The notes under the pieces were generated by a model. That model had not been told where the DNA came from and did not search any database. It saw only the letters and a list, made by a program, of their open reading frames with translations. Positions 1-10,782 of a stretch of 64,000 bases of DNA are shown piece after piece (position 1 is the first letter of the stretch; the number at the start of each line of letters is the position of its first letter). The position numbers and the translations under genes are program-made. This DNA is from Mobula hypostoma (taxonomy: Eukaryota): contig NC_086097.1 in assembly GCF_963921235.1 (NCBI RefSeq), positions 105,712,001 through 105,776,000 of the forward strand, read 5' to 3'.

Positions 1-205
1 AGCACAGTTCATAGGGGTAATTCAGGACCCGTCACACCCCATATTGGTATGTTAAGTGTTAAGGCCAGTGGGAGATGGGGGAAAGGAACAGTTCTTGAAA
101 TGGATAGTGTGCTCTAGTCACTGCAGATGGAAGCTGAGCCAAATTGAGAGTTTTGGAAAAAGCGTAGCCTCAGTGAGGGCCATTTTTGGGAACAGTGATC
201 ATAAT

Positions 206-520
206 ATTGTTGACAGGTTCCTTAAGGTTGTCATAGCTAGGAGACGTTGGGGTGAGGATAGTGGGGGTAAACTCCCACTGAATGTTAAATGCTCCCAATG
301 GCGTGCATCTCAGATAACCCCTGATAGCCTGTTCCTGGCTTTCACATTTGGCTTCACTACTAAGCCCAGCAGAACTGCTTCTGCTGACAGGAGAAGGGGC
401 AAAGATGGGTTACTGACATCTTAAAACCAGTTGCTTTGGACACGTGGTGCTCATCGGCCATAGTTGGTAGCCCATCCAGGGGATGCAACATTCACATTCT
501 ACTTCAACCAATGGAAAGCC
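206..520 (+). repeat. Degenerate interspersed repeat (SINE-like), related to 40262-40428 (-)
   Basis: CCAGGGGATGCAACATTC...AACCAATGGAAAGCC resembles the reverse complement of ~40271-40312. The family was not identified. Confidence 0.35.
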
Positions 521-894
521 ATGTGATTGTTAGTTGTTACAAAGGCAGCGGGCACAGTTGAGATGCTTGTAAAATGGGGATACTGTTAACTTAACTGAGG
601 AGGAGGAAGTAACAATACTGGTTAAGATCTTTCAACTCCAAATGGGATGGATCTGAGATAACTGGAGGAATGAAGGTGGTTTTTGCAGGGATTCTGGAGG
701 ATGGTAGTTATTACAGCATGTTTAAAATTAGGTGTGAAGGATGAAGCTGACTGATGTTGGCCAGTCCATCCAGAATCAGTGGTGGAGAAAACCTGAGGTC
801 ATAATCTAGCAAGAGCGGATAATAAATGAAAGGGAGCACAGACTTGTTCGAAGCAAATTGCATATAATCAAGCAGCATCTGTAGGAAGAGGTGC

Positions 895-930
895 AGTCGA
901 CGTTTCAAGCCGAGACCCTTCGTCAGGACT
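895..930 (-). ncRNA. Minimal hammerhead ribozyme (inverted pLTR copy)
   Basis: The reverse complement reads AGTC CTGACGA AGG GTCTCGG CTT GAAA CGTC GACT. Confidence 0.75.
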
Positions 931-1962
931 AACTGAAGGAAGAGTGAGTAAGGGATTTGAAAGTTGGAGGGGGAGGGGGAGATCCAAAATGATAGGAGAA
1001 GACAGGAGGGGGAGGGATAGAGCCAAGAGCTGGACAGGTGATAGGCAAAAGGGGATACGAGAGGATCATGGGACAGGAGGTCCGGGAAGAAAGACAAGGG
1101 GGGGGGGACCCAGAGGATGGGCAAGAGGTATATCCCACCACTAAGCACATCTTTCCCTCCCCGCCTCTCTCTGCATTCCACAGGGATTGCTCCCTACACA
1201 ACTCCCTTGTCCATTCGTCCCCCCCATCCCTCCCCACTGATCTCCCTCCTGGCACTTATCCGTGTAAGCGGAACAAGTGCTACACATGCCCTTACACTTC
1301 CTCCCTTACCATCATTCAGGGCCCCAAACAGTCCTTCCAGGTGAGGCAACACTTCACCTGTGAGTCGACTGGGGTGATATACTGCGTCCGGTGCTCCCGA
1401 TGTGGCCTTTTATATATTGGTGAGACCCGACACAGACTGGGAGACCGCTTTGCTGAACATCTACGATCTGTCTGCCAGAGAAAGCAGGATCTCCCAGTGG
1501 CCACACATTTTAATTCCACATCCCATTCCCATTCTGACATGTCTATCCACGGCCTCCTCTACTGTAAAGATGAAGCCACACTCAGGTTGGAGGAACAACA
1601 CCTTATATTCCGTCTGGGTAGCCTCCAACCTGATGGCATGAACATCGACTTCTCTAACTTCCGCTAAGGCCCCATCTCCCCCTCGTACCCCATCTGTTAC
1701 TCATTTTTATGCACACATTCTTTCTCTCACTCTCCTTTTTCTCCCTCTGTCCCTCTGCATATACCTCTTGCCCATCCTCTGGGTCCCCCCCCTCCTTGTC
1801 TTTCTTCCCGGACCTCCTGTCCCATGATCCTCTCGTATCCCCTTTTGCCTATCACCTGTCCAGCTCTTGGCTCTATCCCTCTCCCTCCTGTCTTCTCCTA
1901 TCATTTTGGATCTCCCCCTCCCCCTCCAACTTTCAAATCCCTTACTCACTCTTCCTTCAGTT

Positions 1963-1998
1963 AGTCCTGACGAAGGGTCTCGGCCTGAAACGTCGACT
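1963..1998 (+). ncRNA. Minimal type I hammerhead ribozyme in Penelope pLTR
   Basis: Sequence is AGTC-CTGACGA-AGG(GTCTCGG)CCT-GAAA-CGTC-GACT. It has stem I AGTC/GACT, the conserved core CUGAnGA...GAAA, stem II AGG/CCT, palindromic ACGT in place of stem III, and a GUC cleavage triplet ending at 1994. Confidence 0.8.
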
Positions 1999-3677
1999 GC
2001 ACCTCTTTCTACAGATGCTGCTTGGCCTGCTGCGTTCACCAGCAACTTTGATGTGTGTTGCTTGAATTTCCAGCATCTGCAGAATTCCTGTTGTTTGCAT
2101 ATAATCAATCTGTTTGAATGTAATAGCCAGTGAGGATGGTCCAGACGGTGTCTAGGCGAAATTTGAAAAGTTCAGTCAGTTTCTTAGGAAATGCATGCTC
2201 CAGAAACTAATGGTACGATGGGAACATGGATACAACATTAGGTGAGGGCTTAATGTGGTGGTGGCGACTATTTTCCAGAATGGAAAAGTGACAGCCAGGG
2301 TGGACTCAATATGAGGACCACTGTATTCCTGCTTGGGTGTCATTTGAAGTTTTGCACATGTTATAAGATCTGGAGATGAGGTGAACTGTGAGCATGTTAA
2401 TTATATTTCAGGGCGATGACAGGGAAGTGTGAAGTGATACGTTCAGGAGAAAGAACAGCAGTAAAAACAATTTAAAGAGCTGCAGAAAGTAAGGTTATGC
2501 GCATAATCTTTCAATGTGACTGGATCTCAAAAATTTTACTTTTGAAAAATATTTCACTTAAACATGAAATACAGGGACAAGATGGTGATACAGAATGTCC
2601 ATAGAGAGCTAAAGTAGTCAGCTGGAGTACTTGTTGCATTTTGAATACCTTGAGAAAACTGCTGCAAAGGTCTTAAAAGAAAATTTGTTAGAATAACTGT
2701 AGGGTTGAGAAACATGTGGAGAGCCAGGGAATGTTCTCCTAAGTTATCACAAATGGAGGAGATTTTTCAGGTGCTTTTCGACAGAGCAAAGGATGGAGAA
2801 CTTATTCACAGTGACAGTGCAGTCAATAACTGGAGAAGTCAAGTTTAAGGCAATCCTTGGATAAGTGGCAAAGAGTGGAAGGAATGTTTTTTTCTGTGTG
2901 AGTAATGTGATCTGGATTCTGCTGATGGAGGCAGATCAATATGTTAAAGGGAGAACTCAGGACTATGGGGAAAGGGAAGAGAAATGGAATTAATTATATA
3001 ATGTCAAAGAGAGAGCATAAGTATATTGTGCTGAATAGCTCCCATGTCAGTGGTTCCCAACCTAGGGTGAAAGACTCATTTGAGGTGGAGCAATAATTAA
3101 TAATTTTGCAGTAATTAAAAGTTTACAAAACATAAAAATAAACATGAAAAGACTGCAAGAAACACGAGTTTAAGCTTACCAACTTGCTCATGTATTTCTG
3201 CAAAAAAACACAGAAGTTACTCTTCTCTATCACCTGACCTTTCTCGGGAATAGTCAAAGGTCTTTAGAGCTTACAATGCAGGACATATGGCAGCTGGTCT
3301 GCACTCAGCAAGTGCCCTCAAGTAGCCATTACATAAATTGGTAGCATGTGATGTTTGGGGGTGGAAACTGGTGAGGCCATTCCTGAAATCTAGCTGACTC
3401 TTCAAACAGCCATGGCAGTTGGGCTGCTAATTTTAAAGCCTGACCCATTAGGCAGCCCCCTTGGCCGCACAGCAATTCCACCCTCCCCCCCCCATTGCCA
3501 CTCTTTAACCGCCCATGTCTTTTGAACCCACAGCCTTTCATGACCTGCAATGGGTATGTATGTGAAGGTGAACATTACGCCAATCCCGTCCCGAGCTGGA
3601 TGTTAATGACTTTGTGCCTTTGTAAAATAAAAGTGCTTAGCTGAAAGCTTATTCATTATCTTGGTTTTTTGAAATAG

Positions 3678-3745
3678 GTCATTCATGGATGGCTGATAAT
3701 CTCGTCACTCTTGCTCCTTTTCTTTTTCTCCTACATCTATTTAGG
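3678..3745 (+). CDS. PSEN1: Presenilin-1 coding exon (human exon 6 equivalent), [23 protein letters not shown]
   Basis: The exon runs from ...aatag|GTCATT to TTAGG|gtaag and is 68 bp. Its translation matches presenilin TM3 (human [23 protein letters not shown]). Confidence 0.95.
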
Positions 3746-3986
3746 GTAAGTTTAACCTTTTTGAAAATTATACTTGTTTTATTTAACAATCTGTCATTTA
3801 GAAAGGGTCGTGACCCTAGCTGGTGGCAATGGTTGCAATATATCGAAAAAAAACTCTGTCAGAATCAGGTTTAACATCACTGGCATATGTCATGAAATTT
3901 ATTAACTTAGCGGCAGCAGTAGGTACATTGCAATTCAATTAAAAGAACTTTCAGTTACAATTTTTATATACATGTGTATGTATATA

Positions 3987-5743
3987 CGAGGTTGGAGGCG
4001 ACATCAGATGTACGACAACTCTGGGAGGGTTTGCAGGGTATTACTTCCCACAAAGTGAAACCCAATAGCATGAATGACAGTGATGTTTCACTACCAGATG
4101 AACTCAATGCCTTCTCTGCCCGCTTTGAAAGGGAGAATGTAACTATAGCTGTGAAGATCCCTGCTGCACCTGATGACCCTGTGATCTCTGTCTCAGAGGC
4201 CGATGTTAGACTGTCTTTAAAGACAGTGAACCCTCGCAAGGCAGGAGGTCCCAATGGAGTACCTAGTAAGGTTCCGAAAACCTGTGCCAACCAACTGGCG
4301 GGAGTATTCAAGGACGTTTTCAACCTCTCAGTGCTACGGGCAGAAGTTCCCACACTTCAAAAAGGCAACAATTGTACCAGTGCCGAAGAAGAATAATGTG
4401 AGCTGCCTTAATGACTATTGCCCGGTAGCACTCATCTACAATGATGAAATGCTTTGAGACGTTGGTCCTGACTAGACTGAGCACCTGCCTCAACAAAGAC
4501 CTGGACCCATTGCAATTTGCGTATCACCACAATAAGTCAATGGCAGATACAATCTCAATGGCTCTTCACATGGCTTTAGACCACCTGGACAACACAACAC
4601 AAACACCTATATCAGGATGCTGTTCATCGACTAGAGCTCAACATTTAATACCACCATTCCCACAATCCTGATTGAAAAGTTACAGAACCTTGGCCTCTGT
4701 ACCTCCCTCTGCAAATGGATCCTTGTCTTCCTAACCAGAAGACCACAATCTGTGCAGATTGGTGATAACATCTCCTCACTGACGATCAATACTAGTGCAC
4801 CTCAGAGGTGTGTGCTTAGCCCACTGCTGTACCCTCTATATACCCATGACTGTGTGGTGAGGCATAGCTCAAATACCATCTATAAATTTGCTGATGGTAC
4901 AACCAATGTTGGTGGAATCTCAGATGGTGACAAGAGGGCATACAGGAGCGAGATACGCTAACTGGTGGAGTGGTGCCACAGCAACAACCTGGCGTTCAAC
5001 GTCAGTAAGATGAAAGAGCTGATTGTGGACTTCAGGAAGGGTAAGACGAAGGAACACATGCCAATCCTCATAGAGGGATTAAAAGTGGAGAGAGTGAGCA
5101 GTTTCAATATATTGATCCCAACATATTGATGCAGATATAAAGAAGGCAAGACAGCGACTGTACTTCATTGGGAGTTTGAAAAGATTTGGTACGTCAACAA
5201 ATACACTCAAAACTTCTATAGGTGTACTGTGGAGAGCATTCTGACAGTCTGTATCACTGTCTGGTATTCGGGGGAGGGTGGGGGGGGTGCTACTGCACAG
5301 GACCAAAAGAAGCTGCAGAGGGTTGTAAATTTAGTTGGCTCCATTTTGGGTACTAGCCTACAAAGTACCCAGGACATCTTGAGGAAGCGGTGTCTCGGAA
5401 AGGCAGCCTCCATTATTAAAGACCTCCAGCCCACAGGGCATGTCCTTTTCTCACTGTTACCATCATGTAGGAGGTACAGAAGCCTGAAGGCACACACTCA
5501 GCGATTCAGGAACAGCTTCTTCCCCTCTGCCATCTGATTCCTAAGTGGACATTGAACCCTTGAACACTACCTCACTTTTTTTTTGATATAATGTTTTTGC
5601 ATGATTTTTAGTCTATTCAATATACGTATACTGTAATTGATTTACTTATTTTTTCTCTTCTAGATTATGTATTGCATTGAACCACTGCTACTAAGTTAAC
5701 AAATTTCACGACACGTACTGGTGATAATAAACCTGATTCTGAT
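3987..5743 (+). mobile_element. Rex1/Babar-type LINE, 5'-truncated, frameshifted RT
   Basis: Motifs seen are [45 protein letters not shown] and KFADxT. The 3' end is AATAAACCTGATTCTGATT. Confidence 0.85.
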
Positions 5744-5762
5744 TGTGTGTGTAGTGTGTGTA

Positions 5763-6074
5763 TATCAAATTAAATAAGTAGTGCAAAAAGAGAGTGGGGG
5801 GAAAATAGTGAGTTTCTGTACATTCATTGTCCATTCAGGTGTCTGATTGCCAAGTGGAATACGCTCTTTGTAAAACTTCTGATTGTGTGTCTTCAGGCTC
5901 CGGTTGGTAGTAATGAGAACAGGGAATGTACTGGGTGATGGCAGGTCCTTCATGATGAATGCCACCTTTTCGAGTTATTGTCTTTTGAAGATGTCCTGGA
6001 TGCCGAGGAGGCTAGTGCCCATGATAGAGCTGGCCGAGTTTACAACCTTTTGCTGCCTTTTCTGATCCAGTGCA
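5763..6074 (-). mobile_element. Rex1/Babar-type LINE 3' fragment
   Basis: Reverse-complement similarity to the 3' part of 3987-5743. Confidence 0.7.
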
Positions 6075-6129
6075 GAGAAATAGTCTGTTTTATTCAGTAA
6101 GCCACAATCATGTTATTTCTCTTTAACAG

Positions 6130-6350
6130 GGAAGTCTTCAAAACGTATAATGTTGCTATGGATGTCTTCACATTAGCAATGATAATCTGGAACTTTGGGG
6201 TGGTTGGAATGATATGTATTCACTGGAAGGGGCCACTTCGATTGCAACAGGCCTACCTGATTATGATCAGTGCTTTGATGGCCCTAGTTTTCATCAAGTA
6301 TCTTCCAGAATGGACTGCTTGGCTCATCCTGGCTGTGATTTCGATATATG
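6130..6350 (+). CDS. PSEN1: Presenilin-1 coding exon (exon 7 equivalent), [11 protein letters not shown]...[13 protein letters not shown] + first base of catalytic Asp
   Basis: Boundaries are aacag|GGAAGTC...ATATG|gtaag, length 221 bp. It contains [39 protein letters not shown]. Phase fits the flanking exons. Confidence 0.97.
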
Positions 6351-7270
6351 GTAAGAGCTAATAATGGCTGAAGTTTGTTATGATGAATGAATGGCACCCT
6401 GCAGTCACCTCGGCACCTAGTAGGATGAGTTCAGTAGACAAGCAGGTCTGATAACTTTACTTGATGAGTGCGGATTCTGACATTGGTGACCTGCTTTTAA
6501 AATGTGTCCGGGAATTATTACAAATACAGTGATTATAGGTACATATTTATCCAAAAATAGATATTTAATAGTTACCTGCACTAATAAATTATGTTAATTG
6601 TCTATCATTATAAATCTGTTCTGATGCAGGGTCTTGGACCTGAAATATTTAGTTAATGCTGAGAAGGTCAGGATATGTGGGGAGAAAGCAAGAAAGGGGA
6701 GGAGTAACCACAATATTGAATGATGGAAGCAGGCCAAAAGGCCGCCTCCTATCTGTGTGTGTTTGAACATGTTTTCATGTGCAGTTTGTTCTGAATAACT
6801 TCTATCGTGATACCATTTCTTACCAGGTAGATGATTATAGAATTTGCCATTAGCCATTTGTTGCAGTTTTTGAAGAGCACGAGATTGGATTAGATATTTA
6901 AAAGGTGTTTAGACACAGGCACACTGTTAAGGAAGGCTTGAAGCACTATAGATCAGATGCTGGTAAAATGACTCCAGGTCAGCATGGCAATCGGGAGAAG
7001 GACCTCTTTTTGTATGACTCTCTTTCGATGAGCAGCAACATTATGGCTCTCCGCCAGTTATCTTTTCAAACTGAACAGACATATTTGAGGTAATGTGATT
7101 TTTGTATGCTTTAGACCATGGATGCAAGTCATGTATTTTTAATGAAGAGGTGAGGATCTAGAATCCCTGATAACAGTTATGACTGATGTTCTCTCACTAA
7201 GGAGGAAGTCAAGACTCACTGCAAAGATGAATGCAAATCTAGATTGACACTCTAAAACAGTTTTGAGTAA

Positions 7271-7701
7271 AGCCCAATTTATACTTCTGCGTCAAATGTA
7301 CGCCGTAGGTACCGCGTACTCTACACCATAGGGTGACGTGCACCTCCCCAAAAATGTAATTCACGCATCACAGCGATGCAGACTGCAACAACTGTGATTG
7401 GTCCGCTTAGTAGCATTGCATTTCCTCCTACGCATTTCCAGTGCTTTTCTCTGCCATGTCTGTACACTGATGCGAAATAAATGGTTGGAGACGATGAACC
7501 AAATCGTCAAATCTACCTGCCGATGTCTCTCATGAAGAAACTCAACACAGTGGCATAGAAACCCCACTGCCAACTAACGTTTTGGCAGTAAATTGCAGAG
7601 TGACGCAGACACAACTACGCATGCTCGCTACGGCGTAGGGCTACGTGAAAGTATAAATCAGGCCTACGGCGTAGCCCGTATGCGCAAGTATAAATCAGCC
7701 T
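7271..7701. mobile_element. PIF/Harbinger-type MITE
   Basis: Imperfect TIRs AGCCCAATTTATACTTCTGCG / TGCGCAAGTATAAATCAGCCT. TAA lies on both sides (7268-7270, 7702-7704), matching a 3-bp TWA TSD. The interior is CpG-rich. Confidence 0.8.
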
Positions 7702-7754
7702 TAAGTGTCAGTGTTTAGCTTTGGGTAAGGTGTTAATCTTTTTTTGCATGAATG

Positions 7755-8055
7755 CTGCAACACATAAGATGACCCTTCAGCCCACTGAGTCCATGCTAGC
7801 TGTCAGCAAAGTAATTGAGGGCTTTCATTTCCCTATACTGCTGCAGTTTGTGCTTTCACCTGCCCATCAGCTTCCCTTTGATTCTTTTGAGATTTCCCTA
7901 CACAGAGGGCACTTTGCAGCATTCAATTAACCTACCAGACCATGTGAGGAAACCACATCACTTGGAAGTCCACATAGTCATGGGGCAGACATGGAATTAC
8001 CACAAAGATAGAACCTAAGGTCAGGATCAAACAAGGGTTCCTGGAACTGTGGGCT
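7755..8055 (-). mobile_element. Old tRNA-derived SINE (V-SINE-like) relic
   Basis: Degenerate ...CCACATAGTCATGGGGCAGACATGGAATTACCACAAAGA...GGTCAGGATCAAACAAGGGTTCCTGG resembles the antisense of fish tRNA-SINE bodies. Confidence 0.45.
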
Positions 8056-9319
8056 TTTCTGCTCTCTTGAATGGAATTAAAAGGTCCCATGACACTTTTC
8101 AAAGCAAGCAGTGGAGTAGTTGCTGACAATGTTTTCATTACTTCACTTTTGCATTTCACTACTGTGTGAGACTCAGTAAACTGACAACAGGATCCACTGC
8201 AGATAGTTGGCTGAAAGCAATTATGTCCTAAAAAGACGAGGAAGGTGTTGAAAAATGCAAGTCATTCTTTAATTGGAACTGGTAATAGATCAGTTAATAT
8301 TGTTGTTTGTTAATTTTATTTGTACTCTGAGGAAAAGAGGGAATTTAGTCTCGGGTGGTGATCTGCGATTTCTGCCTTGGCTTATCCTTCTGTTCACCTT
8401 TTACATGAGCATTTTACGTAAGCAATGGGAAAGCAGCTCTCTTTTCCATCCCTCGAGACTTGTTCAGTGTGCTTTCAGACTTGCCAGGATCAGTCTATGG
8501 CCTGTTTTACCTGTGTGCTCTGTCCTGTGTTGTGAAAGTAATGGAGGATGCCAGAATTGTTACTGTTGTTGTTCTGAGCCAGTAGGCCATCTGGTGCCAG
8601 CTGTTGGTTAATTTGTGGTAGAGTAGGCTAAGCGCGTGCTAAGCAAAATGATTTGTTTCTCTTGGGACATGCTGAGTGAGCTGCTGGGACGAGGGACTGC
8701 CCATCTGTTGTAAAAAGAACAATATGTGTAAATGTTCTTGATGTAGGAGCAGTGCTGAAGTATTCATTGCGTATTTCCATTGAGACATTCGAAGTGTAGG
8801 GCTAGGCTGGAGGGGACTTTTGCTCTCAAGGACCAATATTTTTCTATCACCTGAGACCCTCATGTTTATCTGGTGACAACCTATAAAAGCTAGATTTGCT
8901 GAAATTTGGTTCACTGAAACTTTTAATAATTTCTCAGGATCTGTGGTTCATCAGTTTACTAATTGTCCTTGAGGAGGTGAGATATCACCTGTGAACCATT
9001 CCAGCCTTTCTGGTGAAGGTGCTATTGGGTAGGCAATATCAGGATTTAGACTGTTAATATATTTCTGAGCCATGGTGCACAACTTGAAGTAAAAGTGCAG
9101 AGGATCCTGTTTCTGTGAGCCTGTTGCCCTTGTCACAAGTTTTGGTCATGCTGGGTCAGTTACTGGAGCTCATTTTGTACGTGGCAGAAGTTGGTGGTGG
9201 AGAGAGTGTTTGGATTGGTTAATGAGGCGCTAAGTAACAGGCTTGCTTTGTCCTGCATGGCATTGAGCCCAATAGTTGATTATGAGATTCTGCAGGTGTT
9301 GAAAATCTTGAACAAAGCA

Positions 9320-9503
9320 AACAAAGTGCTGGAGGAACTCAGCAGTTCAGATGCTTCTATGGGGGAAAATCATCTGTTGACATTTTGGGCCAAGACTCCT
9401 CAGCAAGACTATTGAAGGGTCTCAGCCCCAAACATTGACTATTCATTTCCATCCATAGATGTTGCCTGACCTGCCTAGTTCCTCCAGTATTTTTTGTGTG
9501 TTG
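9320..9503. mobile_element. Old fold-back Penelope pLTR relic (imperfect palindrome) with decayed hammerhead
   Basis: GTGCTGGAGGAACTCAGCAG...GTTGACATTTTGGGCCAAGACTC is mirrored by GAAGGGTCTCAGCCCCAAACATTGACT...GTTCCTCCAGTATT. Confidence 0.65.
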
Positions 9504-10014
9504 GAGCTGCTCTCATCCAGACAAGCAAAGATTTTAGTCAGTGATGTTGACTGAGGGGACCTCAACAATGTTAATATCATTACATGTCTTGGTGTTGATT
9601 ATTGGCACTTTTGTGATGAGACCATTAGTTGCCATTTATTTGCCAGTGTCTGAATGTTCTCTAGGTCTTCCTACATGCAGGCATGGGTTATCTTCATTTC
9701 CTGAGGAGTAACAAATAAAACAGATTTGTACAAATATCACAAATGTTGTGACCTGGTAATTGAAGAACAGTTGTTGATAGAGCACATGAAGTTTATGGAA
9801 CAATGAGCTAGAAGGGCCAAAATTTTCACTCTATATGGTCTTGTCCCCTGTTTTACCCGGACTCTCTTAAAAGTTGCTTTGATGTTAAGGGCAGCTGCTC
9901 TCTCCTGAAATTCTTGCGGGCAGGTTTACTAGAGTTGTTGAGAGTGATTTAAACTAATGTGGCAGGGGGATGGGAACCAGTATGATAGAGCTGAGGGATG
10001 AGCCAGCAGGTTTA

Positions 10015-10775
10015 GACCATACGACACAGCAGAAGTCGGCCATTTGGTCCATCGAGTTTGCTCCGCCATTCAATCATGGCTGATCCTTTTTTCTCCCCCT
10101 CCTCAGCCCCACTCCCCAGCATTCTCCCCGTAACCTTTGATGCCAAGTTCAATCAAGAACCTATCAAAAACCTATCAAGCTCTGCCTTAGATACACCCAA
10201 TGACAAGGCCTGCATAGCTGCCTGTGTTAATAAATTCCACAAATTCACCACCCTCTGGCTAAAGAGACTTCTCCGGATCTCTGTTTTAACGGACACCCCT
10301 CTATCCAGAGGCTGTGTACTCTCGTCCTACACTCACCCACCATGGGAAAAATCCTTTCCACATCTACTCTGTCTAGGCCTTTCAACACTTCAAAGGTTTC
10401 AATGAGCTCCCCCCATCATCCTTCTAAATTCCAGCGAGTACAGATCCAGAGCCATCAGATGTTCCCCATATGATATCCTGTTTATTCCCAGAATCATCCT
10501 TGTGAATCTCTTCTGAACCTTCTCCAATGCCACACATCTTTTAGATGAGGAGCTCAAAACTGTGCACAGTACTCAAGGTGGGGCCTCACCAGTGCCAACA
10601 TTGCATTTGCCTTCCTCGCCACCAAATCAGCCTGTAAGTTAACCTTTAGGATGTTCTGCACAAGGACTCCTGGTCTCTTTGCATCTCAGATTTTAGGATT
10701 TTCTTCCCATTTAGAAAATAGTCTGCACATTTATTTCTTCACCAAAGTGCGTGACCATGCATTTTCCAACATTGT
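10015..10775 (-). mobile_element. CR1 LINE 3' portion nested in the + strand CR1
   Basis: Antisense CR1 tail (AGAAGTCGGCCATTTGGTCCATCGAG...). The host sequence AGGTTTA is duplicated at 10008-10014 and 13145-13151. Confidence 0.8.
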
Positions 10776-10782
10776 ACAAGTA

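Larger units (their letters stand above)
872..2094 (+). mobile_element. Penelope-like element, 5'-truncated, with inverted partial pLTR (872-1133 inverted vs ~1760-2021)
   Basis: ORF 1038-1667 encodes a GIY-YIG endonuclease with Cys motifs (CKRNKCYTC; VIYCVRCSRCGLLYIGET...RFAEH...GMN). The TSD-like repeat TTGCATATAATCAA lies at 858-871 and 2095-2108. Confidence 0.9.

Noticed and set aside
3689..3874. ORF-track 61-aa ORF overlapping exon 6
   Set aside because: It is in the wrong frame. The real coding frame starts at the 3678 acceptor and ends at the 3745 donor.
6110..6361. 83-aa ORF as a stand-alone gene; likewise 62270-62509
   Set aside because: These are PSEN1 exons read through into flanking intron sequence.
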